Shown here: positions 46,182 through 54,509 of the stretch, piece after piece
Numbering within the stretch: the first letter of the stretch is position 1
Layout: every line of letters begins with the position of its first letter
Source: Pseudomonadales bacterium
Lineage (GTDB): Bacteria; Pseudomonadota; Gammaproteobacteria; Pseudomonadales; Azotimanducaceae
Direction: 5' to 3'
Length of the DNA: 64,000 nt
Assembly: GCA_050185825.1 (NCBI GenBank)
Contig: JBFWZA010000013.1
Coordinates: 76,445 to 140,444, forward strand
The notes under the pieces: model-generated
What the model was told of the DNA's origin: nothing
Database searches by the model: none
Seen by the model: the letters and a program-made list of their open reading frames with translations, nothing else
Made by a program: the position numbers and the translations under genes

Positions 46182-47191
46182 GCTGGATCAGCCCGTTCAC
46201 CCTGCGGCGGATCGGCGTGCTCGGCATGAACCGCCGCAATGTCGCCTACATCAGTCGCTACAACGCGCGCTCCAACTTCCCGCTGGTGGACGACAAGCTG
46301 AAGACCAAGCTGATGGCCCAGAAGATGGGGCTGTCGGTGCCCGAACTCCTGCATGTGATCACCACTCAGCACGACGTGGAGGGCATCAACACGGTGCTCA
46401 GCACCCTGAATCAGTTCGTGATCAAGCCCGCCCAGGGGTCCGGCGGCAAGGGCATCCTCGTCATCCGCGGCCGGACCCCGGAAGGCTTCAAGAAGAGCAG
46501 CGGCGCCGTCATCGGCATCAACGACGTCAAGCGCCACGTGACCAACATCATCAGCGGCCTGCACTCCCTGGGCGGCCGTCCGGACGTGGCCATCATCGAG
46601 TCGCTGGTGGAGACCTCGGACATCTTCGAGCAGGTGAGCTTCGAAGGCGTCCCGGACATCCGGCTCATCGTCTTCAAGGGCTTTCCCGTGATGGGCATGC
46701 TGCGGCTCGCTACCAAGGCCTCCGACGGCAAGGCAAATCTGCACCAGGGCGCGGTCGGCGTCGGCCTGGACATCGGCAGCGGTCGCGCCGTGGCTGCGGT
46801 TCAGCACAACCGGGTGCTCGTCTTTCACCCGGACACCGACGTGCCGCTCAAGGGAATCGCCGTGCCCAACTGGCCGTCCCTGCTCAGCCTGGCCGCGCGC
46901 TGCTACGAGGGGACCCGGCTCGGCTATCTGGGCTGCGACCTGGTCATCGACCGGAACCGGGGACCGCTGCTGCTCGAGCTGAACGCGCGGCCCGGACTGT
47001 CCATCCAGATCGCCAACGCCGAGGGGCTGCTGCCGCGCCTCCGGAAAATCGAAAGCCTGGACACTCCGTACATGAGCGTGGACGAACGGGTGCAGGCCTC
47101 CATGAGCTGGTTCGACCGCAGCTCCGCCGCCGAGCAGGGTACCCTCTGGTCAGAGGAAGACCACGAAGAGAGGGCCGCCGCACCCGCGTGA
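46178..47191 (+). CDS. alpha-L-glutamate-ligase-like ATP-grasp protein (RimK-related)
   Basis: The tail of track ORF 45344..47191. The GTG start at 46178 overlaps the previous stop (GTGA). ATP-grasp pattern (FVIKPAQGSGGKGILVI, DIRLIVFKG, ANLHQGAVGVG, CDLVID...LLLELNARPG). Confidence 0.8.
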   Translation: MSWISPFTLRRIGVLGMNRRNVAYISRYNARSNFPLVDDKLKTKLMAQKMGLSVPELLHVITTQHDVEGINTVLSTLNQFVIKPAQGSGGKGILVIRGRTPEGFKKSSGAVIGINDVKRHVTNIISGLHSLGGRPDVAIIESLVETSDIFEQVSFEGVPDIRLIVFKGFPVMGMLRLATKASDGKANLHQGAVGVGLDIGSGRAVAAVQHNRVLVFHPDTDVPLKGIAVPNWPSLLSLAARCYEGTRLGYLGCDLVIDRNRGPLLLELNARPGLSIQIANAEGLLPRLRKIESLDTPYMSVDERVQASMSWFDRSSAAEQGTLWSEEDHEERAAAPA

Positions 47192-47213
47192 CGGCCGGCT
47201 TCGCCGCAGCCGA

Positions 47214-48308
47214 TCAGCGCAGCAGCCAGTCCAGAATATGGTCGTTCTCCTCGCGCGGGTAGGTGTGGGAGAGATCGTCGATCTCCCGGTAGGTCAGGTC
47301 CACGCCGGCCCGGGTCAGCGCGTCCGCCGCCATGCGTGCCACCTCGATATCGAACATCCAGTCCAGCGCCCCGTGGGTAAGGTAGACGGGCAGTCCCTGC
47401 AGGCGTTCGGCATCCGCCACCTCCACGAGCATCGGGTGAAAGCTCGCGGCGATGGGCGCGAGGTGGGTAAACGGCGAGCCGGTGCGCAGGGCGGACAGAT
47501 AGGAGAACGTGCCGCCGTCCGACATGCCCGTGAGCAGCATGCGTCCGGGGTCCACCTGCCAGCGGTCGCGTACCCAGTCCAGGATGGCTTCCAGGTTGTC
47601 GCTGTCCACGTCTGGACCCATCAGCGACCAGGTGCCTTCCCGGGAGGTGGGCGACACCAGTATGACGCCCCGGGTGCGCGCATCTCTGAGCCAGGACCAG
47701 AGAAAGCTCCGGCCGTGCCCGCTGCCGCCGTGCAGCGCCATGACCAGCGGCATCGCGGTGCCGTCGTAGTACTCGGGCACATAGAGCGAGAATCCGCCAC
47801 GCTCCGTCGGCTGGTTACCGGCGTGGAGGATGCCGACCTCTTCGCGCGCCGGATCGGCTGTGGCGAGCCTGGCCTGCACGGCTTCGCTGGCGCGGTGCGG
47901 ATCGGAGAGGTAGAAGCGGCTCACCGGCGGCAGCATGGCGGCTACGGGATACAGCGCCTCGACCGCGCGCGTGCTGAAGCTCATGGCACGGTAGGCGCCC
48001 ATGGCCGGATTACGTTGTTCGAGGCAGGCGGCCAGCCCGTCGAAGGCTTTCAATGCTTCGGACGCCGACTGCCTGGCATGCTCCGAGAAGCGGCTGAGAT
48101 GCTCCGGCCAGGCAACCGCCGAGAAGGTCTCGAGGCCCGCAGCGATGGCCCCCCGGAAAGCGCCGACCTCGGGGACCAGGCGCGGCAGGTCCGGCGGGTG
48201 CAGGTGCCGCCCCACGTAGGCGAGTGCATCGAGGCCCGTCAGCAGCGGCGGGATCAGGGCCGTTGTGGCCTCCAGCAGCACGTCCGTGTCATCGTCCGTA
48301 TCCGTCAT
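47214..48308 (-). CDS. esterase of the phospholipase/carboxylesterase family with an unknown N-terminal domain
   Basis: 364-aa ORF. The C-terminal half has LVMALHGGSG, the nucleophile elbow GMSDGG and THGALD. The first roughly 150 aa have no motif I recognise. Confidence 0.7.
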   Translation of the reverse strand: MTDTDDDTDVLLEATTALIPPLLTGLDALAYVGRHLHPPDLPRLVPEVGAFRGAIAAGLETFSAVAWPEHLSRFSEHARQSASEALKAFDGLAACLEQRNPAMGAYRAMSFSTRAVEALYPVAAMLPPVSRFYLSDPHRASEAVQARLATADPAREEVGILHAGNQPTERGGFSLYVPEYYDGTAMPLVMALHGGSGHGRSFLWSWLRDARTRGVILVSPTSREGTWSLMGPDVDSDNLEAILDWVRDRWQVDPGRMLLTGMSDGGTFSYLSALRTGSPFTHLAPIAASFHPMLVEVADAERLQGLPVYLTHGALDWMFDIEVARMAADALTRAGVDLTYREIDDLSHTYPREENDHILDWLLR

Positions 48309-48426
48309 CCGCTCGCGTCTCCCGGCCCGGGGCCTACACTATAGTCCACCCGGCTTCCGCGCTGTTCCTTGCCCTTCGAGCGCCCAGCGTGCATAAGTCA
48401 ACGGCAGAACGCAGTCGAGATCCACG

Positions 48427-48690
48427 ATGACCAAATCCACGACCGTTCGCTGCAACGGCATTCCCTACCGTCAGGGAATTCTCGAGGTGCGCCACGACAT
48501 GCATCCCGGATTCATCAATCTGGAGTGCTGGATGCTGGACCCGGCGATCGACATCACCCGGCTCGAACCGGCAGCGGCGGAGCTCCCCGACTCGGCAGTC
48601 ATCGCCAACACCGAGCTCGAATTGAGCCTCGCGCAGGCCGGGGAGCTCGTCCGGCTGCTGCAGGAGGCAATCCGCATGGTCGAGCGCTAG
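48427..48690 (+). CDS. small protein of unknown function
   Basis: 87-aa ORF with an ATG start and moderate-to-high GC3. No recognisable motif. Confidence 0.5.
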   Translation: MTKSTTVRCNGIPYRQGILEVRHDMHPGFINLECWMLDPAIDITRLEPAAAELPDSAVIANTELELSLAQAGELVRLLQEAIRMVER

Positions 48691-48692
48691 TC

Positions 48693-48884
48693 GTGACGGA
48701 GCGTGTTTCCCACGTCGAGCTCGCCATAAAACTGCTGCGCGACGCTGCGGGGTTCTTCCGCAACGTCGCCGACCAGAACCCGGCGATTGCCGATGAGATG
48801 CGCGACAACGCCGACGTCTACGAAAGGGTCGCGACGCTGCTCAGCGGTGAGCCCAACGGAACCATCGAGCTGGAGGATGACTGA
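48693..48884 (+). CDS. small acidic protein of unknown function
   Basis: The 63-aa tail of track ORF 48369..48884, starting at GTG 48693, which is 2 nt after the previous stop. It is predicted to be helical and ends with ELEDD. Confidence 0.45.
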   Translation: MTERVSHVELAIKLLRDAAGFFRNVADQNPAIADEMRDNADVYERVATLLSGEPNGTIELEDD

Positions 48885-48911
48885 TCCGGCCTGGCAGACG
48901 GATCAGTCATC
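48876..48911. terminator. 13-bp perfect inverted repeat spanning both convergent stop codons
   Basis: GATGACTGATCCG - 10-nt loop - CGGATCAGTCATC. Each arm encodes the Asp-Asp-stop end of one of the two convergent genes. Confidence 0.45.
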
Positions 48912-49466
48912 GGCATCGGACCCGTCGTCGGCACGAAGTGCCGCCCAGCGCTCGAACGACACCAGCTGTGGCAGGTGTTCGTCAACGGATCCCGTCCATA
49001 TCCAGCCGCCGGCCTGGTCGGCAAGCACCCGGATTTCCTCCCGTTCTTCGGAAGACAGCGACACGCCGCCGTAGTCGTCGGCGCTGCCGTCGAGGGCCCG
49101 CCACAGCAGGTACTCGTTACCGAGGACCCAACCCGCCGCGTAGCACTCCTCGCTGAGCTCCGACATCCGGCGGTAGAGCAGCCGTGCCCAGGGGTCGGTC
49201 ATAGAAGGATGGGAGAGATCCGGGCGCAGCACCTCGGCCAGACAGCCGTCGTGATAGGGCGGGTAGTCTCCCACCGCGTTCCGCTCCGTCGGCTTGCCGC
49301 AGAAACCGCAGTTCCGGGGCACGCAGCAGGATTCGGCCCGGGCGTGACTGCTCTCGCTGGCCGAGGGTCCCGGGCGGATCACCACAACGTGGGCGCGCCG
49401 GCAGTTGCCGCACACCCACACGTCGCTGGGTGCGCCGTCAGGCGTGAGGAGCTGATAGCTGTTCAT
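48903..49466 (-). CDS. Cys-rich protein of unknown function
   Basis: 187-aa ORF. The N-terminal 70 aa carry CGNC...CC...CGFC...C (zinc-ribbon-like). The C-terminal half is acidic with conserved-looking Trp residues (AAGWVLGNEYLLWRA, GGWIWTG). Confidence 0.55.
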   Translation of the reverse strand: MNSYQLLTPDGAPSDVWVCGNCRRAHVVVIRPGPSASESSHARAESCCVPRNCGFCGKPTERNAVGDYPPYHDGCLAEVLRPDLSHPSMTDPWARLLYRRMSELSEECYAAGWVLGNEYLLWRALDGSADDYGGVSLSSEEREEIRVLADQAGGWIWTGSVDEHLPQLVSFERWAALRADDGSDADD

Positions 49467-49602
49467 CGGATGCGACCCGGCGGCGGTGGTCGCCGAACTT
49501 CTCGCCCTCCACCCGTTCGGTCCGGAAGCCGTTGACCTTCCAGGGCTTGCAGAGCTTGCAGCCGGCCCGGCGGCTGCGCGCCCGTTTGCGCTTGTGGTGC
49601 AT
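49438..49602 (-). CDS. 54-aa highly basic CxxC mini-protein (not in the ORF track)
   Basis: My own translation is MHHKRKRARSRRAGCKLCKPWKVNGFRTERVEGEKFGDHRRRVASDEQLSAPHA. AGGAAG lies 7 nt upstream of the ATG. By hand count, 41 of the first 43 codons end in G/C. The 3' end overlaps the 187-aa gene by 29 nt. Confidence 0.5.
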   Translation of the reverse strand: MHHKRKRARSRRAGCKLCKPWKVNGFRTERVEGEKFGDHRRRVASDEQLSAPHA

Positions 49603-49756
49603 CCGTTGCTTCCTGTATCTGAGAGGAAGGCGAGCCTACGCCCCGCACCCCGCGCGGTCCAGACCCGACTCCCGTGCCGGCCTCGGCGTCCTCGAGCATT
49701 GCGCCCCGGCGAGCGCCATCAGACACTTGATTGCCGTCGATCTGCAGGACGTGAAC

Positions 49757-50641
49757 ATGCCGCTGACTGTTGCCGAACGCATCCTCTACTCCACCACCAA
49801 CCTCACGGCGTACCATGGCGGAGCCGTCATCGGCACGGGCACCGGCTTTTTCTACACCCTGCCCCTGGGGCCCGACAGCATTTATTACCTGATGCTGACC
49901 AACAAGCACGTCCTCACGGGCGCCACGGAGATCGCGGTGAAATTTCACATTGCCGCGGACGACCCCGACGGTGCACCGAGCGGCAGGGTGAGAACCTGGA
50001 AGATCGACGTGCGTACCTTCAACGCGAAGGACAACCTGCGGATCATCGACCACCCGAGGGACGATGTGGACCTGTGCGCGATCAACATGACCCCCGACTT
50101 CATCGAGGCGGCCGAGAAAGGCTACCGGTTCTTCGCCACGCCGATGTCGCGGGCCTTCATTCCGGGCCCCGAGGACTGGCAGAGCTTCGATGCCCTCGAG
50201 GAGGTCACCATGATCGGCTGTCCGCGCGGCATCTACGACGAGGCGAACAACATCCCGGTCATGCGGCGCGGCATCACGTCCACCCCGATACTCAAGGACT
50301 TCAACGGCAAGCCGGAGTTTCTGGTGGACATGGCCTGCTTCCCGGGGTCCTCGGGCTCGCCCATTTTCCTCTTCAACCGGGAAGGGTATTTCGACAAGGC
50401 CAAGAAGACATTCCTCTCGGGCAAGCACCGGTTCCACCTCGTGGGAATCCTCTATGCCGGACCGCTGATCCGCGCCGACGGTCACGTTACGATAAGCGAC
50501 GGGCTCAGGGTCGAGGTTTCCACACCCATGCATCTCGGGTTCGCCATCCGCTCGACGCAGATCCTCGGCATCGAAGCCGAGATCCACCGACGACGCGCAG
50601 CCAAGGGATATCCCCGTCCGACGGACAACGCGGGCGGTTGA
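49757..50641 (+). CDS. trypsin-like (S1/PA-clan) serine protease without a signal peptide
   Basis: ORF 49532..50641 trimmed to ATG 49757. Catalytic triad candidates are His in LTNKHVL, Asp in DDVDLCAI and Ser in FPGSSGSPIF. The N-terminus is not hydrophobic. Confidence 0.75.
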   Translation: MPLTVAERILYSTTNLTAYHGGAVIGTGTGFFYTLPLGPDSIYYLMLTNKHVLTGATEIAVKFHIAADDPDGAPSGRVRTWKIDVRTFNAKDNLRIIDHPRDDVDLCAINMTPDFIEAAEKGYRFFATPMSRAFIPGPEDWQSFDALEEVTMIGCPRGIYDEANNIPVMRRGITSTPILKDFNGKPEFLVDMACFPGSSGSPIFLFNREGYFDKAKKTFLSGKHRFHLVGILYAGPLIRADGHVTISDGLRVEVSTPMHLGFAIRSTQILGIEAEIHRRRAAKGYPRPTDNAGG

Positions 50642-50708
50642 GCGCCCGCTCGCATCTCCCGGAGCGAGTGGTTAAAGTCGAAACGGGTAAGGATGCCGGG
50701 GGAGCACC

Positions 50709-51584
50709 GTGGCAGAGACCGCTGATTCCACCGCCCGGGTGCAGCGCTTCGACCGCAGCGCCGAGGACGTGGGCAACATCGTCATGCTGGAGCACGTCAA
50801 TCTGACCGTGCCCGACCAGGGCCTGGCGGCGCTGTTCTATGTCACCGGCCTCGGCTTCACCCGGGATCCCTACATCGACTTCGGCACTTTCAACATGTGG
50901 GTGAACCTGGGCGAGCAGCAGTTTCACCTGCCGAAATCCCAGGCGCAGGTTTTCCGGGGCCGGATCACCGTGGTGGTGCCGGACCTGGACGATCTCGAGC
51001 GGCGCCTCGAGACCGTCGTCAAACCGCTGGCCGGCACCGAGTTCGCCTGGAAGCGGGCAGACGACCACGCGGCCGTGACCTGCCCGTGGGGCAACACCAT
51101 CCTGGCCTACGCACCGGGTACGTTTCCGCGTATGGACCTCGGCATGCCTCGCGTGGAGATGCGCGTGCCCGAGGGGACGAGCGCCGCCATCGCCCGTTTC
51201 TACCGCGAGGTGATGCAGTGTCCCGCGAGCGCCGCGGACGGGGTGGCCAGGGTGCGAATGGGCTACAACCAGGCGATGCACTTCGTGGAGACCGGGGAAG
51301 CGCTGCCCGCCTACGACGGCCATCACATCGCCGTCTACGTGAGCCACTTTTCCGGCCCCCATGACTACCTGGCCGAGCGGAACCTGATCACCGAGGAGTC
51401 GGACCAGTGCCAGTACCGGTTCCAGGCCATCGTCGACCCGGACACCGGCGCGACCCTCACCGAGCTCGAGCACGAGGTGCGTTCCCTGTCGCACCCCATG
51501 TACCACCGGCATCTGGTCAACCGGAACCCTGCCGTGAGCTTCTTCACCTACCGGAAAGGCGCGGAGATCTTCACGCCCACATGA
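50709..51584 (+). CDS. VOC-fold (glyoxalase/dioxygenase-like) protein of unknown function
   Basis: 291-aa ORF with a GTG start 5 nt after GGGGGAG. Two beta-alpha-beta-beta-beta-like modules with candidate metal ligands ([22 protein letters not shown]). The stop overlaps the next start (ATGA). Confidence 0.6.
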   Translation: MAETADSTARVQRFDRSAEDVGNIVMLEHVNLTVPDQGLAALFYVTGLGFTRDPYIDFGTFNMWVNLGEQQFHLPKSQAQVFRGRITVVVPDLDDLERRLETVVKPLAGTEFAWKRADDHAAVTCPWGNTILAYAPGTFPRMDLGMPRVEMRVPEGTSAAIARFYREVMQCPASAADGVARVRMGYNQAMHFVETGEALPAYDGHHIAVYVSHFSGPHDYLAERNLITEESDQCQYRFQAIVDPDTGATLTELEHEVRSLSHPMYHRHLVNRNPAVSFFTYRKGAEIFTPT

Positions 51585-52423
51585 ACGAATCCAAGACCAT
51601 CGCCAGACAGGCCGAGCTCCGCGAGGAACCCTACTACCTGCCGCTCGGCGACGAGGTGGCCGAGTTCGAGGCCGCCTATCACGCCCGGCTGCCCGTGCTG
51701 CTCAAGGGCCCGACCGGCTGCGGCAAGACCCGCTTCGTCGAGCACATGGCCTGGCGCCTGTACCGCCGGCAGCGCGCCTCCGAACTCGCCATCCCGCTCA
51801 TGACCATCGCCTGCCACGAGGATCTCACCGCCACGGACATGGTGGGGCGCTTCCTGCTGCAGGGCGACGAGACGGTGTGGCGGGATGGCCCGCTCACCCA
51901 GGCGGTGCGCACCGGTGCCATCTGTTACCTGGACGAGATCGTGGAAGCCCGCAAGGACACCACCGTGCTCATCCACGCGCTCACCGACCACCGGCGGCTG
52001 CTGCCCATCGACAAGACCGGCGAGCTGCTCTGTGCGCATCCGGACTTCCTGCTCGTGATCTCCTACAACCCCGGCTACCAGAGCGTGCTCAAGGACCTGA
52101 AGCCCAGCACCCGGCAGCGCTTCGTGAGCCTGTCCTTCGACTACCCGGACGAGACGCGCGAGGCGACCATCATCGCCCACGAGTCAGGCGTGGATCGCGC
52201 CATCGCGGAGCAGCTGGCCCTGATCGGCGCCAAGGTCCGCAACCTCCGCGAGCACGGCTTCGAGGAGGGGGTGAGCACCCGGCTGCTGATCTACGCCGGC
52301 AGCCTGATGCAGCAGGGCATCTCGCCGCGGCGCGCCGCCGAGATCGGCATCGTCAGCGCCGTCTCGGACGACGAGGCGGTGCAGCACGCCATCGCCGACA
52401 TCGTCGACGTGATCCTGCCCTGA
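51581..52423 (+). CDS. CbbQ/NirQ/NorQ-type MoxR AAA+ ATPase
   Basis: The tail of track ORF 51407..52423, starting at ATG 51581. Walker A GPTGCGKT, Walker B ICYLDEI, and a family-typical [11 protein letters not shown]...LKPSTRQRF. Confidence 0.9.
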   Translation: MNESKTIARQAELREEPYYLPLGDEVAEFEAAYHARLPVLLKGPTGCGKTRFVEHMAWRLYRRQRASELAIPLMTIACHEDLTATDMVGRFLLQGDETVWRDGPLTQAVRTGAICYLDEIVEARKDTTVLIHALTDHRRLLPIDKTGELLCAHPDFLLVISYNPGYQSVLKDLKPSTRQRFVSLSFDYPDETREATIIAHESGVDRAIAEQLALIGAKVRNLREHGFEEGVSTRLLIYAGSLMQQGISPRRAAEIGIVSAVSDDEAVQHAIADIVDVILP

Positions 52424-52444
52424 GACGTCCGCCGGGAGCCGCCC

Positions 52445-54442
52445 TTGGTCGCGCTGGTTGACGTCGAGTCCGCGCTCACCCTGTTCGCCGAGGGCATCGC
52501 CGGCCGCTACTACCACGTCAAATCCACAGCCGAATTCAGCTCGCGCCGCTTCGACCTGGACACGTCGAGCTCGGCCATCGCGCCGGACACGCTCTACGTG
52601 CCGGAGCAGATCGACTATCCGGACGGTGCGGGCTACCGGGTGCTGGTGATGCTGCAGCTGGGCCAGCGGGAGTTCGGCACCTTCCGCTTCGACATGGCTA
52701 CGGCGCGCCGACGCCTGCCGACCCTCGAGCATCTCGGCGTGCCCGAGCCGCGGCCGCGGGAGTCGGACTACGCGCTGTTCTTCCGCCACGTCCCCCACCC
52801 CGCGCTGTTGAAGCGGATCTTCCTGGCCGTGGAGCAGATCCGGATCGTCAGCCGCCTGCTCGAGCGCTATCCGGGCCTGGCTGCGCACCGCCAGCGTTTC
52901 CGGGATCACCGGTATCCAGCGGATGCGGTGCTGCCCGTGGACGACCTGGCCGGGCTCCTCCTGGCACTGGAGCTCACGGCCGAAGGTGTGCCGCCGTCGC
53001 GGCTGGATGACGCCACGGGACTTCTGGCCCCGGCGCTGTCCCGGCTCGACACGATCAGAGCATCGGCTGCGGACGTCTTCGACGCCGCCGCCCTGGCACT
53101 CGATCTGTATCTGGCCTGGTCACCGCTGCTGCCCGGCACCGCGTTCGATACCGTCCCATCCGGGCAGAATCTGGAGGACGCTCTGGAGTGGATGCAGCGC
53201 GAAGCCCGGCTCGAAGACTGGGAGCAGGCGCTCGACGACCTGGACCAGAGCCTGCTCATCGAGCTGCCGGAGGGCACCGAGGTGGACATGGCCCAGGTGA
53301 ACGAGCTGCAGGATGCGGGGCTGCGGCAAACGGACATCGACCTGAAGGCACTCACCGACGAGCGGGAAAACCTGAAGCGACGGGTGGACATGGAACGCTC
53401 GGCGCTCGCCGACGCCATGGGAACCGCCAAGCCGGAGGCACGCAGCTACCGCTACGACGAGTGGGACCATCTCGGCCACCGTTACCTGCGCCACTGGTGC
53501 CGGCTCTACGAGGAGCGCCTGGAAGGTCACGGCACGGCCGATCCGGAGGCGCTCAAGCGGGTGGTCCGCGAGCACGTGCCCGCGGTGATGCGCCAGCTCG
53601 AGCAGATCCGCCCGCTCGGCTATCAGCGGGTGCACCGGGTGGCCGACGGCGACGAGCTCGACTTCAACGCGCTCATCGAAGCCCGCCAGGACGTGCGTGC
53701 CGGCATCAGCCCCGACGAGCGCGTTTACTCACGCCGCGATCGGGTTCACCGCGACGTCTGCGCCGCGTTCCTGGTGGATCTGTCCGCCTCCACCGACGAC
53801 CCCATCGAGCCCCCCGAACCGCCACCGCCGCTGCCGGAAGGCGTGGAGATCAACCTGCGCGATCCCTACGACGACGACCTGAGTCTGAACCTCGCCGCAG
53901 CCGAGGAACGACGCCGGATCATCGACGTGCAGCGGGAGTCCATGCTGGTGATGTCCGCGGCCCTCGAGCGGCTCGGCGACAGCTACGGCATCTACGGCTT
54001 CTCGGGTTACGGCCGGGACTGCGTGGAGTTCTATGTTGCGAAGGAGCCGGACGAGCCGTTTACCGGCCGGACGCTGGAGGCCATCGCCAGCATGCGGCCG
54101 CGACGCAGCACCCGCATGGGGCCGGCCATCCGCCATGCCGCTGCCAAGCTCGTCGCCTCGGGCAACGCCATGAAGCTGCTGATCATCCTCTCGGACGGAT
54201 TTCCCCAGGATTCGGACTACGGGCCGATCCGTGGCGACCACGAGTACGGGCTGATGGACACCGCCAAAGCGCTGACGGAGGCCAGGATCAAGGGCATCGA
54301 GGTTTTCTGCGTGACGGTGGACAAGTCGGGCAACGACTATCTGAAGCGCATGTGCCCGCCGCACCGCTACCTGATCATCGACGAGATCGAGGACCTGCCG
54401 GAAAAGCTCTCCACGGTGTACCAGACCCTGAGCGGGCGCTGA
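52445..54442 (+). CDS. CbbO/NorD-type VWA-domain protein
   Basis: 665-aa ORF with a TTG start 7 nt after GGGAG. C-terminal VWA domain with MIDAS VDLSASTDD, plus LIILSDGFPQD. The partner ATPase gene lies immediately upstream. Confidence 0.85.
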   Translation: MVALVDVESALTLFAEGIAGRYYHVKSTAEFSSRRFDLDTSSSAIAPDTLYVPEQIDYPDGAGYRVLVMLQLGQREFGTFRFDMATARRRLPTLEHLGVPEPRPRESDYALFFRHVPHPALLKRIFLAVEQIRIVSRLLERYPGLAAHRQRFRDHRYPADAVLPVDDLAGLLLALELTAEGVPPSRLDDATGLLAPALSRLDTIRASAADVFDAAALALDLYLAWSPLLPGTAFDTVPSGQNLEDALEWMQREARLEDWEQALDDLDQSLLIELPEGTEVDMAQVNELQDAGLRQTDIDLKALTDERENLKRRVDMERSALADAMGTAKPEARSYRYDEWDHLGHRYLRHWCRLYEERLEGHGTADPEALKRVVREHVPAVMRQLEQIRPLGYQRVHRVADGDELDFNALIEARQDVRAGISPDERVYSRRDRVHRDVCAAFLVDLSASTDDPIEPPEPPPPLPEGVEINLRDPYDDDLSLNLAAAEERRRIIDVQRESMLVMSAALERLGDSYGIYGFSGYGRDCVEFYVAKEPDEPFTGRTLEAIASMRPRRSTRMGPAIRHAAAKLVASGNAMKLLIILSDGFPQDSDYGPIRGDHEYGLMDTAKALTEARIKGIEVFCVTVDKSGNDYLKRMCPPHRYLIIDEIEDLPEKLSTVYQTLSGR

Positions 54443-54466
54443 TCACCGCTGGCGGGCGCAAAAAAA

Positions 54467-54491
54467 ACGGCCCGCACAGGCGGGCCGTTTC
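54467..54491. terminator. bidirectional rho-independent terminator
   Basis: A7 - ACGGCCCGC - ACAG - GCGGGCCGT - TTT, between the convergent cbbO-like and BI-1-like genes. Confidence 0.8.
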
Positions 54492-54509
54492 GTACCGTCC
54501 CGACTGGGA

